35,977 nt of DNA, taken from Chiloscyllium plagiosum. Taxonomy: Eukaryota. Below are positions 1 through 10,694 of the stretch, in pieces (positions within the stretch are counted from its first letter, which is position 1; each line of letters begins with the position of its first letter). The stretch is taken from the NCBI RefSeq assembly GCF_004010195.1, contig NW_025213777.1, positions 1 to 35,977 on the forward strand, read 5' to 3'. The translations under genes were made by a program, and so were the position numbers. The notes under the pieces are model-generated. The model ran no database searches. It had not been told where the DNA came from and saw nothing but the letters and a program-made list of their open reading frames with translations.

Positions 1-310
1 CTGCCCTTCTGTGTGTTGTTTTCCTCCTGGAATGATTGAGAGTTAGATATTTAGGGAGATGAAAGCATATGGCAATCTCAGACCCGGCTGGAATGATCTG
101 GGTGTTGGGGCCACCAAAGCTGAAGGAGGGAGAAGTCCTGTATTGTCACTTTCCCGAACAATAGGACCTCCCAGGACCCTGCCCACAAAGTAGGGCATCA
201 ATTATCCCTACCTGCCATTTCTGGAGATAATGTCAGCAACCGTGCAGGGCAACACCATCCTCACAGTAATATGAAGCAAAAAAATGTGGATCTCAAAATT
301 AGAAACAAAA

Positions 311-473
311 ACAGAGAGTGCTGGAGAAACTCAGCAGGTCTGACAGCATCTGCTGAGAGAACAAGAGTTAACATTTCACGTCCAGCTTGAAGGGTCACTG
401 CATTCAAAATGTTAGCTCTGCTTTCTCTGCACTCTTGCTGCCAGGCCTGCTGAGTTTCTCCAGCAATTTCTGT
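311..473. mobile_element. Palindromic short repeat, probably PLE terminal-repeat-derived, with decayed hammerhead region
   Basis: Inverted arms tgctggagaaactcagcaggtctgacagca (319-348) and tgctgccaggcctgctgagtttctccagca (436-465); same architecture as other fold-back elements in the window. Confidence 0.65.
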
Positions 474-495
474 CCTATTCTGACCATGTTTATCA

Positions 496-586
496 ATCAC
501 CTGATGAAGGAGCAGTGCTCTGAAAGCTAGTGCTTCCAAATAAACCTGTTGGACTATAACTTGGTGATGTGTGATTTTTAACTTTG
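496..586 (+). mobile_element. PLE pseudo-LTR 3' fragment (family B)
   Basis: Nearly identical to 18578-18665 and to the reverse complement of 6660-6747 (gaaagctagtgcttccaaataaacctgttggactataac...gatttttaacttt). Confidence 0.75.
498..532 (+). ncRNA. Minimal type-I hammerhead ribozyme motif
   Basis: CAC-CUGAUGA-A-GGAGC(agu)GCUCU-GAAA-GC-UA-GUG: stem I CAC/GUG, full catalytic core, 5-bp stem II, palindromic AGCU stem III. Confidence 0.75.
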
Positions 587-1221
587 GGCCTGGACGTGTT
601 GTTGAAGTGAAGATGGACAACATCACGTCTTTCATGATAATTCTCAATGCCGGTGCCCCACAAGGATGTGTATTCAGCTCCTCACAGTTTTCCCTGTATA
701 CTCACAACTTGTGTGGCCAAATTTTATCCAAGCGCACTCTGCAAATTCGCTGATGACACCACTGTGGTGGGGTGAATATCAAACAATGACAAGTCGGAAT
801 ACAGTAAGGAGATAGAATGCTTGGTGTGGTGGTGCAGAAATAACAATTTCTCCCTCAATGTCTGCAAAACTAAAAAATTGATCATCGACATCAGGAAGAA
901 AGATGGAGGACACATCCCTATATACATTAATGGAGCTGAGGTGGAGAGGGTCAAGAGCGTTAAACTCCTAGGAGTAACGATAACCAACAATCTGCCCTGG
1001 TCCTCCCATGTAAATGCAACAGTCCAGAAAACACAACAATGCCTCTTCTTCCTCAAGTGGCTCAGGAAATTCAGCATGTCCATAAGGATCCTCACCAACG
1101 TTTACAGATGCACCATTGAAAGCATTCTGTCTGGGTGCATCACGGCTTGGTATGACAACTGCTCTGCCCAGGGCTGTAAGAAACTAAGAAGGTTGTGAAT
1201 ACAGCCCAGACAATTACAGAA

Positions 1222-1424
1222 CTGAAAATGTGCTGCTGGAATAGTGCAGCAGGTCAGGCAGCATCCAAGGAGCAGGAGAATCGACGTTTCGGGCATAAGC
1301 CCTTCTTCAGGGCTCATGCCCGAAACGTCGATTCTCCTGCTCCTTGGATACTGCCTGACCTGCTGCACTTTTCCAGCAACGCATTTTCAGCTCTGATCTC
1401 CAGCACCTGCAGTCCTCACTTTCT
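1222..1424 (+). mobile_element. Fold-back PLE terminal-repeat element (family A) with 17-bp TSD
   Basis: Near-perfect palindrome 1222-1390 plus tail to 1424; exact direct repeat cccagacaattacagaa at 1205-1221 and 1425-1441; matches the 3' end of the Penelope element at 20197-20328. Confidence 0.9.
1279..1312 (-). ncRNA. Hammerhead ribozyme core (stem I broken by inversion junction)
   Basis: Minus strand reads CUGAAGA-A-GGGC(uuau)GCCC-GAAA-CG-UC-GAUU. Confidence 0.6.
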
Positions 1425-2448
1425 CCCAGACAATTACAGAAGCCAACCTCCCATCCATTGTCCCCACCCACACTTCATGTTGTCATGGAAAGGCTGCCAA
1501 CCTCATCAAAGACCCCTCCCACCCGGTTATATTCTCTTCCAACCTCTTCCATCAGGCAGCGGATCCAGAAGCTTAAACACACGTACCAACAGATTCAAGA
1601 ACAGCTACTTCCTCACTGTTAATAGACTACTGAGTGGACCTCCCTAATTTCAAATCTAATGATGATCTTGCTTTTGTGTACCTCCTCTGCAGCCATAACC
1701 CTGTATGCTTCACACTGTTTGTCCCTGTATATTATGATCAGCCTGTACTGCACACAAAACAAAACTTTTCACTGTAATTAGGTACATGTGACAATAATAA
1801 ATCTAATCAAAGTAATCTGTTGGCTGAAAGTAGTGTTTTGTCAATCATGGCTTGCTATCAGATAATCTTGTAACACTTGCCCTTGTGTTTAATTTGAAAT
1901 TCATGAGATATCATTGAAATAAATGTCAGATTGCCAAAATACTTGGCTTAAGTCCCTTGAAAATCCTCTTGTATTTATTTTACTGGAGGTTGATGTCCCT
2001 TTCCAACAATATTTGTAAGTATCTCTTTGATCATTTGTTTTTCTGTGTTTGTGTCCTGCATCAGAAGTTGCCTATTGTTGTACAATAAAAACATTCACAT
2101 TTGAATGGGCACTGTTTGCATTTGTGAAGGTTCATTGCTTCAGAGCACTGGCAAGGGTTTTTAGTCTCATGTCAGTCCTACTTGCTGCAATGTCTATCGT
2201 GCGAGATTTTTTGTGGTTTTATATTTCAAGCATTATTTGGATTCTGAAGATCTTCTGAGTATCTCCTCTATGTAGCTTCTGAACCTCTGCTGCACTCACT
2301 ATCTGAATGACTTTCCCCTGAGTCAGATCTCTTTTGGACTGTGATAAGTCTGACGAAGGCTCATCAATGATGTCTACAACAATCCAGTCTATTATGAATT
2401 CTGACTCACCATAATCGCATCTCTCTACGATTCTTTGAAGATCATTGT

Positions 2449-2790
2449 GGGCGGCACGGTGGCGTGTGGGCGGCACAGTGGCACAGTGGTTAGCACTGCT
2501 GCCTCACAGCGCCAGAGACCCGGGTTCAATTCCCGCCTCAGGCGACTGACTGTGTGGAGTTTGCACGTTCTCCCCGTGTCTGCGTGGGTTTCCTCCGGGT
2601 GCTCTGGTTTCCTCCCACAGTCCAAAGATGTGCAGGCCAGGTGAATTGGCCATACTAAATTGCCCGTAGTGTTAGGTAAGGGGTAAATGTAGGGGTGTGG
2701 GTGGGTTTCGCTTCGGCGGGTCGGTGTGGACTTGTTGGGCCGAAGGGCCTGTTTCCACACTGTAATGTAATCTAATAAAAAAAAATCTAA
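2449..2790 (+). mobile_element. HE1-type tRNA-derived SINE, young copy with duplicated 5' start
   Basis: A-box gtggcacagtggttag, B-box gggttcaattccc, V-SINE-like core, tail ggcctgtttccacactgtaa; gggcggcac start occurs twice. Confidence 0.9.
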
Positions 2791-2882
2791 TCAATTAATA
2801 AGATTATCCACGGATGCTGCATTCTTCTGTCAAATCTTGTTATTCCAAGAATTGTACTATTTCCAAAGTTGGAATAACTGCC

Positions 2883-3181
2883 GTGGTTGTGGATATGTTC
2901 GCTGAGCTGGGAAGTTGACTTGCAGACATTTTGTCCCTTTCTAGGTGACATCCTCGATGCTTTGAAGTCCCTATGAAGCGCTGCTGTATTTATTTGGTTA
3001 CGTTCCTGCTGCTTCCGGTTTCTGGTTCCGGTTGTTCATTGCAGCAGTTCCCAATGGGCTCCAAAGCACTGAAGACGTCACCTAGAAAGGGGATGGAACA
3101 TTTGCAAATCAACTTTTGAGCTCGGTGAACATGCCCACAGCTACAACAACCAGCACCTGAGCGACAAATCTTAGCTCAAGC
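2883..3181 (+). mobile_element. Fold-back PLE terminal-repeat element (family C), degenerate TSD
   Basis: Inverted arms about 2883-2965 and 3060-3143; decayed hammerhead gca-CTGAAGA...ggaa-cat-ttgc at 3066-3105; gttggaataactgcc (2868-2882) vs gttggaatgattgtc (3182-3196). Confidence 0.75.
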
Positions 3182-3770
3182 GTTGGAATGATTGTCAAAG
3201 GCTTTTAGGGCACCTCTTCAAATATGACTGCTGTTCTTTGAGCCGCAGGTGAACAAAAACACTGCTGCCCCAATTGTCCACAGAACTGTATTTACTTGTT
3301 CAGATTCTGACTTAGTATCCAATTCAAAAGCTGTTCAGTAACTCCAGAATTGTCTTCTCCAGAATGTCTAATTTTGTGCTTTGTTTAGTCCATCTTGGAT
3401 ATTAAATCTTCCTGGCAACACTATTTCTGATGCTGTGCCTTTGCAATGTAATCAGATTTTTTTTATCTTCTTTAAAGATAAAATATTTTGCAGCGATGGT
3501 AGTTCTTTACATTTTGATGCAGATCTGGAACATCTTCCTGCTCTCCACAGCATTAGGAGCTGTTATTGTCTGCATCTGTAATGGAACCCCTGAAAAAATG
3601 TCCATGTTCAACCAGAATGTTTACCTTTGTAAATTTCCCATGGATTATCTGTTTCAAATAACTGGGTTTGCAATGTCCCTGCCTGTCTGCTCCTGGATAA
3701 TGCAAATTGCTCTCTCTTGGCCCTCTTACTTCCACTTTTTTTCTAAATGTGCTTTGCATTATCCATGTTT

Positions 3771-4130
3771 TAGAATCATAGAATTCCTACAGTGTAGAAG
3801 CAGGCCATTCAGCCCATCCAGTCTGTATCGACCCTCCAAAGAGCATTCCAGCCAGACCCATCATCCCTCGAATCTTATTCTCTGTAACCCTGAATTTCCC
3901 ATTTTTAATCCACCAAACCTGCACATCCTTGGAAATTATGGGCAATTTAATATGGCTAGTGCGTCGAACCTGCTTTTCTTTGGACTGTGGGAGGAAACTG
4001 GAGCACCAAGAGGAAACCCACGCAGACACAGGGAGAACATATAAACTCCGCATAGACAGTCGCTCAAGCGTTGAATCGAACCCTGGTCTCGTGAGACATC
4101 AGTGCTAACCACTGAGCCACCGTACAGCAC
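3771..4130 (-). mobile_element. HE1-type SINE
   Basis: Reverse-complement match to the 2449-2790 head, core and tail. Confidence 0.85.
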
Positions 4131-4159
4131 ACATGTTACTGTGATAATGTCTGTGATAA

Positions 4160-4425
4160 TGGCAAAACCAATGTAGTGTACAAAATCCCATGCAAGGACT
4201 GCACAAAACACTATATAGGACAAACAGGAAGACAGCTAACGATCCGCATACATGAACATCAACTAGCCACGAAACGACACGACCAGCTATCCCTAGTAGC
4301 CACACACGCAGATGACAAGCAACATGAATTCGACTGGGACAACACTACCATTATAGGGCAAGCCAAAGACAGGGGACGAAACGTTTGCAACAAAAACTTC
4401 CAGCTCGGCGAACAGAACCACAGCA
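4160..4425 (+). mobile_element. Penelope-like element GIY-YIG endonuclease fragment fused to terminal repeat (family C)
   Basis: VYKIPCKDCTKHYIGQTGRQLTIRIHEH (GIY-YIG); jumps at about 4368 into gacaggggacgaaacgtttgc...cagctcggcgaacagaaccacag, homologous to 3085-3140. Confidence 0.9.
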
Positions 4426-4749
4426 ATGTCTGATCCAACTGACAACTCCTTATTTAAACTCTCACCTTTCTAGCCTGAATTACTGTGCCAGTTAAAGTTT
4501 CTCCTACCCAACATAGTTTTGTAGTTTTGACTCATCCAATCACTGCTGTCTGCTTGCTCAATGGCTGAACTCAGATTCAGGACTACTCTCAAATTCTGTT
4601 ACCTCATGAGGCAAGCCTGTACCTTCACTTGGGCGCTGCAGATTTATTCTGGGCCAACACGTTTTGAATCAGGTCTGAAATGCTTTATTCCATTCTTTAA
4701 AGTATTCTTCAGTGTTGTTGAGCATTGCCACAAGTTATTTCTACAAGAA

Positions 4750-5078
4750 GCATTGCAGAAATTCACCAAAGATCCTCATACAGCACCTTCCAAACCCATG
4801 ACTACTTCCATCTAGAAGGACAAGGGCAGCAGGTACATTGGAAGAACACCATCTTCAAGTTCCCCTCCAAAGCGCTCACCACCCTGAATTGGAAATATAT
4901 CACTGTTTCTTCACTGTTGCCGGGTCAAAATCTTGGAATTCCCACCTTAATGGCATTGTGGGTCAACTTACAACAGGTGGACTGCAGTGGTTCAAGAAGA
5001 CAGCTCATCACCACCTTCTCAAAGGAAATTAGGGACGGCCAATAAATGCTGGCTAGCCAGTGAGGCCAACACCCCACA
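4750..5078 (+). mobile_element. CR1/L2-group LINE 3' fragment ('HHHLLKGN' family)
   Basis: cagcaccttccaaaccc...caccaccttctcaaaggaaattagggacggccaataaa; homologous pieces at about 5580-5750, 16520-16945, 17915-18000, 21080-21290(-), 28735-29130, 33810-34260. Confidence 0.7.
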
Positions 5079-5081
5079 AAT

Positions 5082-5295
5082 GGGCAGTACGGTGGCACAG
5101 TGGTTAGCACTGCTGCCTCACAGCGCTAGAGACCCAGGTTCAATTCCAGCCTCGAGTGACTGTCTGTGTGGAGGTTGCACATTTGCCCCATGTCTTTGTG
5201 GCTTTCCTCCCACAGTCCAAAGATGTGACTGTTCGGTGCATTGGTCGGGGTAAATGTAGAGTAATAGGGTAGGGGATGGGTCTGGGTGGGTTACA
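5082..5295 (+). mobile_element. HE1-type SINE, 3'-truncated
   Basis: A-box/B-box head and core as in 2449-2790. Confidence 0.85.
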
Positions 5296-6624
5296 TGACT
5301 GGTGCTACTCAATTAAATTTTCAGATCCCACACTGATCACCATGTCGTATGTCCCATCATCTGTATCTTCTGAGTGTATGGGTTGTTACGGGGCTTCAGC
5401 GGTCCGTGTATGAGTGGAACCACTCTGTGGTTCAATGAGAAGAGTCTTGTAGAATAACAAAGGTAGTTATTTGCATCTCTGCAACTATTTACAGTTTGTA
5501 GGCTGTAAATTGCTCCAAAATACTGTTAGGAGGACCTAGTTTTAGATCTGTGTCCCCCAAGCTTTACACTTCTACCAAGTCAACATGACATTATCACAGT
5601 GACAGTACAGAACCCTGGAATTCTCACTGCTGTGGCTATATCTATGTCCAAGGGACTGCAGTGGCTTAGGAAGGCAGCTTATCACCAACTTCTCAAAGGC
5701 AATTAGAAATGGCAAATAAATATTGGCCCAGCCAACAATGATTATGTTTCATTTTATTAAAATTAAAAAGTGGGTGTTGCTTACCTCACTCAATTAAGTA
5801 TTAACCCCCGCAGACCCTTATAAGACATTGGGCGGCTTAAAATGTGTAGAATTAGAGGAAGTAGAGGACGAGGATTACTGAGGGATCATGAAGAAGGTGG
5901 GCCATTTTGAAGATCAGAAGCACAGAATGCAGGAGGCTGCAGGCCTGATTCAGAAAGAAACAACAGATACAATGATGTGGAGAAATAATAGTGTATCAGA
6001 GGAAGGACTGAACGTGCTCACTAAGGTTTCATAATTCATTGTGATTCCAGACGAGGTTTACTTTATTCATTTGAGTTAGTCAATAATTTGCTGAGACTAA
6101 AGCTGATTGATTTGATTCACTGAGTAGCTTGAGAATCAATTTGTGAAAGAAGGATTCATTCAGTCTTGATTTGGTGATTTAGAGTTGAATAGTGAAAAGA
6201 TCTAGTTGTGTATTAATTTATGATGTTAAATTGGAGCAGGAGGGAAGCTAATTATTTATTTGTGCATTGACTTAACTATAACACATTGCCAATCTTTTTA
6301 TGTAACATGCTTACAATCTTTTTTATTGTCCATATAATTCATTTCCAGTCCCTGTTATTCTTTATGTACACACTTCCACTCGTTCTTATTATCTCATCTA
6401 AGCTGAGGCAAGTTGGTAGCAGCTTTCCCTGCGAGATAGACAACTGTGAATTTTAAGCCTCACTCTGCAGCACCAGTGGCTAAGAGGGTGCTGCACCGCT
6501 GGAGGTGATGACTTGTTGGAGGGGACACCTCTGATATGACCAGTGCAGTCAAGTTTGGAATAGGCTTTGCAAATTGGAATTTACTTGGGATTCTAATTTA
6601 TCGATGTTGCTCAGGTACATTCCA

Positions 6625-6787
6625 TGATGTGGAGGTGCCGGTGGTGGACTGGGATGAACAAAGTTAAAAATCACACAACACCAGGTTATAGTCCAACAGG
6701 TTTATTTGGAAGCACTAGCTTTCGGAACCATGCTCCTTCATCAGGTATGAAAGCTAGTGCTTCTAAGTAAACCTGTTGGACTATAAC
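6625..6787 (-). mobile_element. Fold-back PLE terminal-repeat element (family B) with 13-bp TSD
   Basis: Exact repeat caggtacattcca at 6612-6624 and 6788-6800; inverted arms ggttatagtccaacagg...ctagctttc and gaaagctag...cctgttggactataacc. Confidence 0.9.
6713..6747 (-). ncRNA. Minimal type-I hammerhead ribozyme motif, intact core
   Basis: Minus strand UAC-CUGAUGA-A-GGAGC(aug)GUUCC-GAAA-GC-UA-GUG; all stems can pair (two G-U wobbles). Confidence 0.75.
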
Positions 6788-7023
6788 CAGGTACATTCCA
6801 GTCATGGGAAGGGAAAGTAAGTGCTTCTTTGACTTACATTACCTGTCGTCCATGTAATGATTGCGATTCAGATGACACATGGATGTTCAGGAAATCTGCC
6901 CGGTACAGAATCTCCTAACTCCTATCCATTAAATCCTCCTTAGGCCAAGCTCTTGGTGCTCCTTCAATTCTAGCTGCACAGTCCATACTTTCTGCACAAC
7001 CATTCACACTTCCTCTCAGCCTC

Positions 7024-7080
7024 ACCACACACACACTCTCACATACACTCTCTCTCACACACACACACATTTTACACACA
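7024..7080. repeat. Compound (CA)n/(CT)n microsatellite
   Basis: Directly visible dinucleotide runs. Confidence 0.85.
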
Positions 7081-8084
7081 TTCTGCATCAATTTGCTTTC
7101 TCCTCTGGATTGCTTTGAGATCTATTCTGTATTTAAGACTTAAATAGATACACGCTTTTCTTGATATCGATAGGTAACTCTGGAGTGCCCTCTTTTGGTT
7201 GCTATTTTTCTCCTTTGAGAAAAATACCATAATGCCAACCTTTTACTTGTCAAACACAATTTCGGTATCGATTTTTTAAAAACACAATTTAAATCAAAAA
7301 AGAATAGAGGTCAAATGCTGACAGAATGATTTGGGTTCCTCCATGCTCTGTTGTAGAATTGATGGATCATAGCCAGTACCTATGAAGTCCTACATCACAA
7401 ATTAATTCAGGTTATAGTGGGAAAAGTATCAAGTGAATTACATTTCTTTTCCCTATGGAAAAATCACTGACTGGTTCAAAGCTGGCTACTGGACTGCATG
7501 CATGTAGCTCCCAATAATAAAGACAGATTGTGCAGTGAAGGGCTTTAGCTTTCCTCCTGATCGTGGGGCAACAGAGGCATAGTTGAAAAATATGCTGTAA
7601 GGTAATCCACGAAAATGGTAATGAAAATACCAGTTTTTATCTGATCATGCTGAGTTAACTGGTCTCAGGAAAAGAAGCAACAATGGAACAACGTATCACA
7701 GCAATATTCACAGATTAATTTGGTGAAAATCATGGTTAAAAATCAATTAACTGGAAATGAGCATGAATGGTCATTGATTAAAAACAAGATCAGGACCTGC
7801 TAAGATAAATAATCTAGTAATACTTACATGTCAAATACAAATAGTATAGATGTCATATCAAAAGATTGCTACTTTGTCATAGAATGAATCAAATCTAGGA
7901 GAAGTTATTACTGGCTTGAAGGTACCAGTCTCACATTTACGTCAAAAGGATATAAATTTGCTGTCGCACCCTCGCACAGAACTAATGACACATTTGTAGC
8001 TGACTTTCAGTACAATGCTGTGAGAGTGCTGTATCTTCTCGGGTGGGTGTAAAATATCCCATTTTGAGAAGAAGAACAGGGGAG

Positions 8085-8565
8085 CTATAGAGTCGTACAG
8101 CACAGAAGAGGCCCATCGGCCCATTGAGTCTGCACTAACATCCCACTTTCCGGCACTTGGCCCACAGTTTTGAATGTTATGACATTTCAAGCACTCACCC
8201 AAGGATGTTTTAGAGGTTGTACCGTTTCCTGCCTCTGCAACCCTCCCAGGCACTGCAATCCAGATTCCCACCACCCTGTGGGTGAAAGAGAAATTCCTCC
8301 ACTCCTCTCAAACTCTCCTGCCCTTCCCCTTCAAATTATGCCCTTGTTACTGACCTTTCAACTAAGGGGAACAGCTGCTTCCCATCTACCCTGACCAGGA
8401 TCTTCATAATCTTATACAACTCAATCAGGTCCCCCCTCAGACTCTTCTGCTCTACAGGTAACAACCTGAGTCTATCCAGCCTCTCTTCATAGCTAAGATG
8501 CTGTAACCAAGGCAGCATGCTGGTGTATTTCCTTTGCACCCTCTCCAGTAAAATCACATCTTTCT
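8085..8565 (-). mobile_element. CR1-type LINE 3' fragment
   Basis: LLERVQRKYTSMLP...SYEERLDRL...LRGDLIELYKIMK; tail cctcttctgtgctgtacgactctat. Confidence 0.85.
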
Positions 8566-8840
8566 ATGTTGACTTTTAAAAGTTGACTAGCAATAACAAA
8601 AACAAATTTATTTCTCAACCAAAATCAATGAAACAGATTATCTAGTATGAATAATCACAGAAACATTCATTTTTTATTGCAAAAAATATATTTTATTCAT
8701 AAAAAAACTTTATCTACATTTAGGGGTATGCGAGATTTGAGAAGATTTATGGGGATGAAAACAGCTCGGTACAGTCTTTGCGTAACAACAAAATCAAACG
8801 TTGGAGTTTGATATTCAGTTGAAAAAACTAAAGGTATTTC

Positions 8841-9095
8841 TTAGAATCTCTTGGAATGTGAAAGCAGGCCATTCCACCCATTGAGTCCACACCAACCTTC
8901 GAAACAGCACACCACATATCCCTGTAACCCTGCATTTTGCCTGCACAGCCCTGGATACTATGGGCTGTTTAGCATGGCCAATCCACCTAACCTCCACATC
9001 TTTAGACCTTGGGAGAAAACCAGACCACCTGGAGGAAACCCACCCAGACACAGGGAGAATGTGCAAGCTTAAACAGACAGTTGCCCAAGACTGGA
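8841..9095 (-). mobile_element. HE1-type SINE, 3' part (head at 10174-10234, split by CR1)
   Basis: Core and tail match; stops in the B-box (ggaatgaa) and resumes after the CR1 at about 10174. Confidence 0.8.
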
Positions 9096-9104
9096 ATGAA
9101 ATCC

Positions 9105-10171
9105 ATTGGCATGGATTGGGGATTGACTGCCTCACAGAAAGCAAAGAATTGGGATAAAAGGTTCTTTTTTGGAATGGTAGCTGGTGACAAGTGGGGTCCC
9201 GCAGGGTTCAGTGTTGGGGCCGTAGCTGTTCACTTTATATATTAATGATCTGGATGAAGGGACCGGGGGCATTCTGGTGAAGTTCGCTGATGATACCAAG
9301 TTAGGCAGACAGGCAGGTAGTACTGAGGAGGTGGGGAGGCTGCAGAAAGATTTAGACAGTTTAGGGGAGTGGTCCAAGAAATGGCTGAAGAAATTCAACG
9401 TGAGCAAATGCGTGGTCTCACACTTCGGAAAAAAGAATACAGGCATGGACTATTTTTTAAACAGTGAGAAAATTCATAAAGCCAAAGTACAGTGATCTGG
9501 GAGTGCTAGTCCAGGATTCTCTAAAGTTTGATTTGTAGGTTGAGTCCGTGATTAAGAAAGCAAATGTAATGTTGTTATTTATCTCAAGAGGGTTGGAATA
9601 TAAAAGCAGCGATGTGTTTCTGAGACTTTATAAAGCTCGAGTTAGGCCCCATTTAGAATACTGTGTCCAATTTTGGACCCCTCACCTCAGGAAGGACATA
9701 CTGGCACTGGAGCGTGTCCAACGGAAATTCACACAGATGATCCCTGGAATGGCAGACTGAGGATCCTGGGATTGTATTCATTAGAGTTTATAAGGTTGAG
9801 GGGAGATCTAATAGAAACTTACACGATAATGCATGGCTTAGAAAGGGTGGATGCTGGGAAGTTGTTTCTGTTAGGTGGGGAGACTAGGACCCATAGGCAT
9901 AGCCTTAAAATTAGAGGGGGTCAATTTAGAATGGAAATGAGGGGACATTTCTTCAGACAGAGAGTGGTGGGCCTGTGGAATTCATTGCCACGGAGCGAAG
10001 TGGAGGCTGGGACATTGGGTATCTACAAGGCAGAGACACAAGGAATTAAGGGCTATGGGAAGAGTGCAGGTAAGTAGAATTGAAACACCCATCAGCCATG
10101 ATTAAATGGCGGAGTAGATTCAATGGGCTGAATGGCCTTGCTTCCACTCCTATGTCTTATGGTTTTATGGT
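9105..10171 (+). mobile_element. CR1-type LINE 3' ~1 kb
   Basis: SGVPQGSVLGP, KFADDTKLG, RPHLEYCVQFW, LRGDLIETY, VVGLWNSLP; 3' UTR ending atgtcttatggttttatggtt. Confidence 0.9.
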
Positions 10172-10173
10172 TT

Positions 10174-10234
10174 AAACCTGGGTCCCTGGCACTATGAGGC
10201 ATCAGTGCTAACCACTGCGCCACTGTGCCACCCC
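10174..10234 (-). mobile_element. HE1-type SINE head
   Basis: Reverse complement of ggggtggcacagtggcgcagtggttagcactg...gacccaggtt. Confidence 0.85.
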
Positions 10235-10290
10235 AGAATGTAGGCATCAATCCCACTGCCTCTCACATGTTAAGCGAGCGCTGTGCTATT
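10235..10290 (-). pseudogene. 5'-truncated tRNA-Ala(AGC)-derived pseudogene
   Basis: About 46/56 match to my recalled vertebrate tRNA-Ala(AGC) (...GAGCGCTCGCTTAGCATGCGAGAGGTAGCGGGATCGATGCCCGCATTCT); mostly transitions; anticodon now reads AAC. Confidence 0.75.
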
Positions 10291-10694
10291 CTTACACATG
10301 CAGGAGATTACATTGAGGCAAAGAGAGGATCTGATAACTGTACAGATCCTTGTTAAATTTCTGCAGAAAGACCTTAGAAGGTGGTCATTCCCCATTGCAC
10401 CTTGCAGCAGCTGACCCAACTTTTGGTGCATCCCTCCACATGTAACCCTTGTCTTTGGAATGTTTTATCAAAACGTACATCACTGAAGGAACCTGTTCAG
10501 CCCTTTGTACCTCAGCCTGGTCTTTCAAACAAATTTCCAATTCTTTCTGCACCCTGCTTTTCTCATCATGCCTTATTTTATTTTATTTTGAATTTCCAAA
10601 ATTCATGGAACTGTGCATTACACAAACTGGTTGCTGGCTTTCCTGCGATACAATAATGATCAAACATCAAAAGTGTTTTGGGATAAGAGAGAAA

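Larger units (their letters stand above)
610..1810 (+). mobile_element. Rex1/Babar-clade LINE, 5'-truncated, degenerate RT and 3' UTR
   Basis: Frameshifted RT motifs GAPQGCV, KFADDTTVVG, LNVCKTKKLIIDIR, RCTIESILSGCITAWY, RTNRFKNSYF; 3' end cactgtaattaggtacatgtgacaataataaatctaatcaa; interrupted at 1222-1424. Confidence 0.85.
1830..3440 (-). mobile_element. Decayed Ty3/Gypsy LTR retrotransposon gag-protease region
   Basis: Minus-strand translation in order: ELDTKSESEQVNTVLWTIG, TRFDRRMQHP, NDLQRIVERCDYGESEFIIDWIVVDI (gag), PCQC...H...QCP..CECFYC..IGNF (zinc knuckles), MNFKLNTRASVT (decayed FKLDTGASVT protease site). Split by a SINE and a PLE. Confidence 0.8.

Noticed and set aside
1222..1424. 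MITE/DNA transposon or miRNA gene interpretation of the palindromes
   Set aside because: Asymmetric tails, variable TSD lengths and identity to the terminal repeat of the RT-encoding Penelope favour PLE origin
2468..2540. Functional tRNA genes at SINE heads
   Set aside because: A/B boxes run directly into SINE core; no cloverleaf end or terminator
3430..4044. 204-aa plus-strand ORF
   Set aside because: Runs across putative LTR-side sequence and an antisense SINE; no domain resemblance
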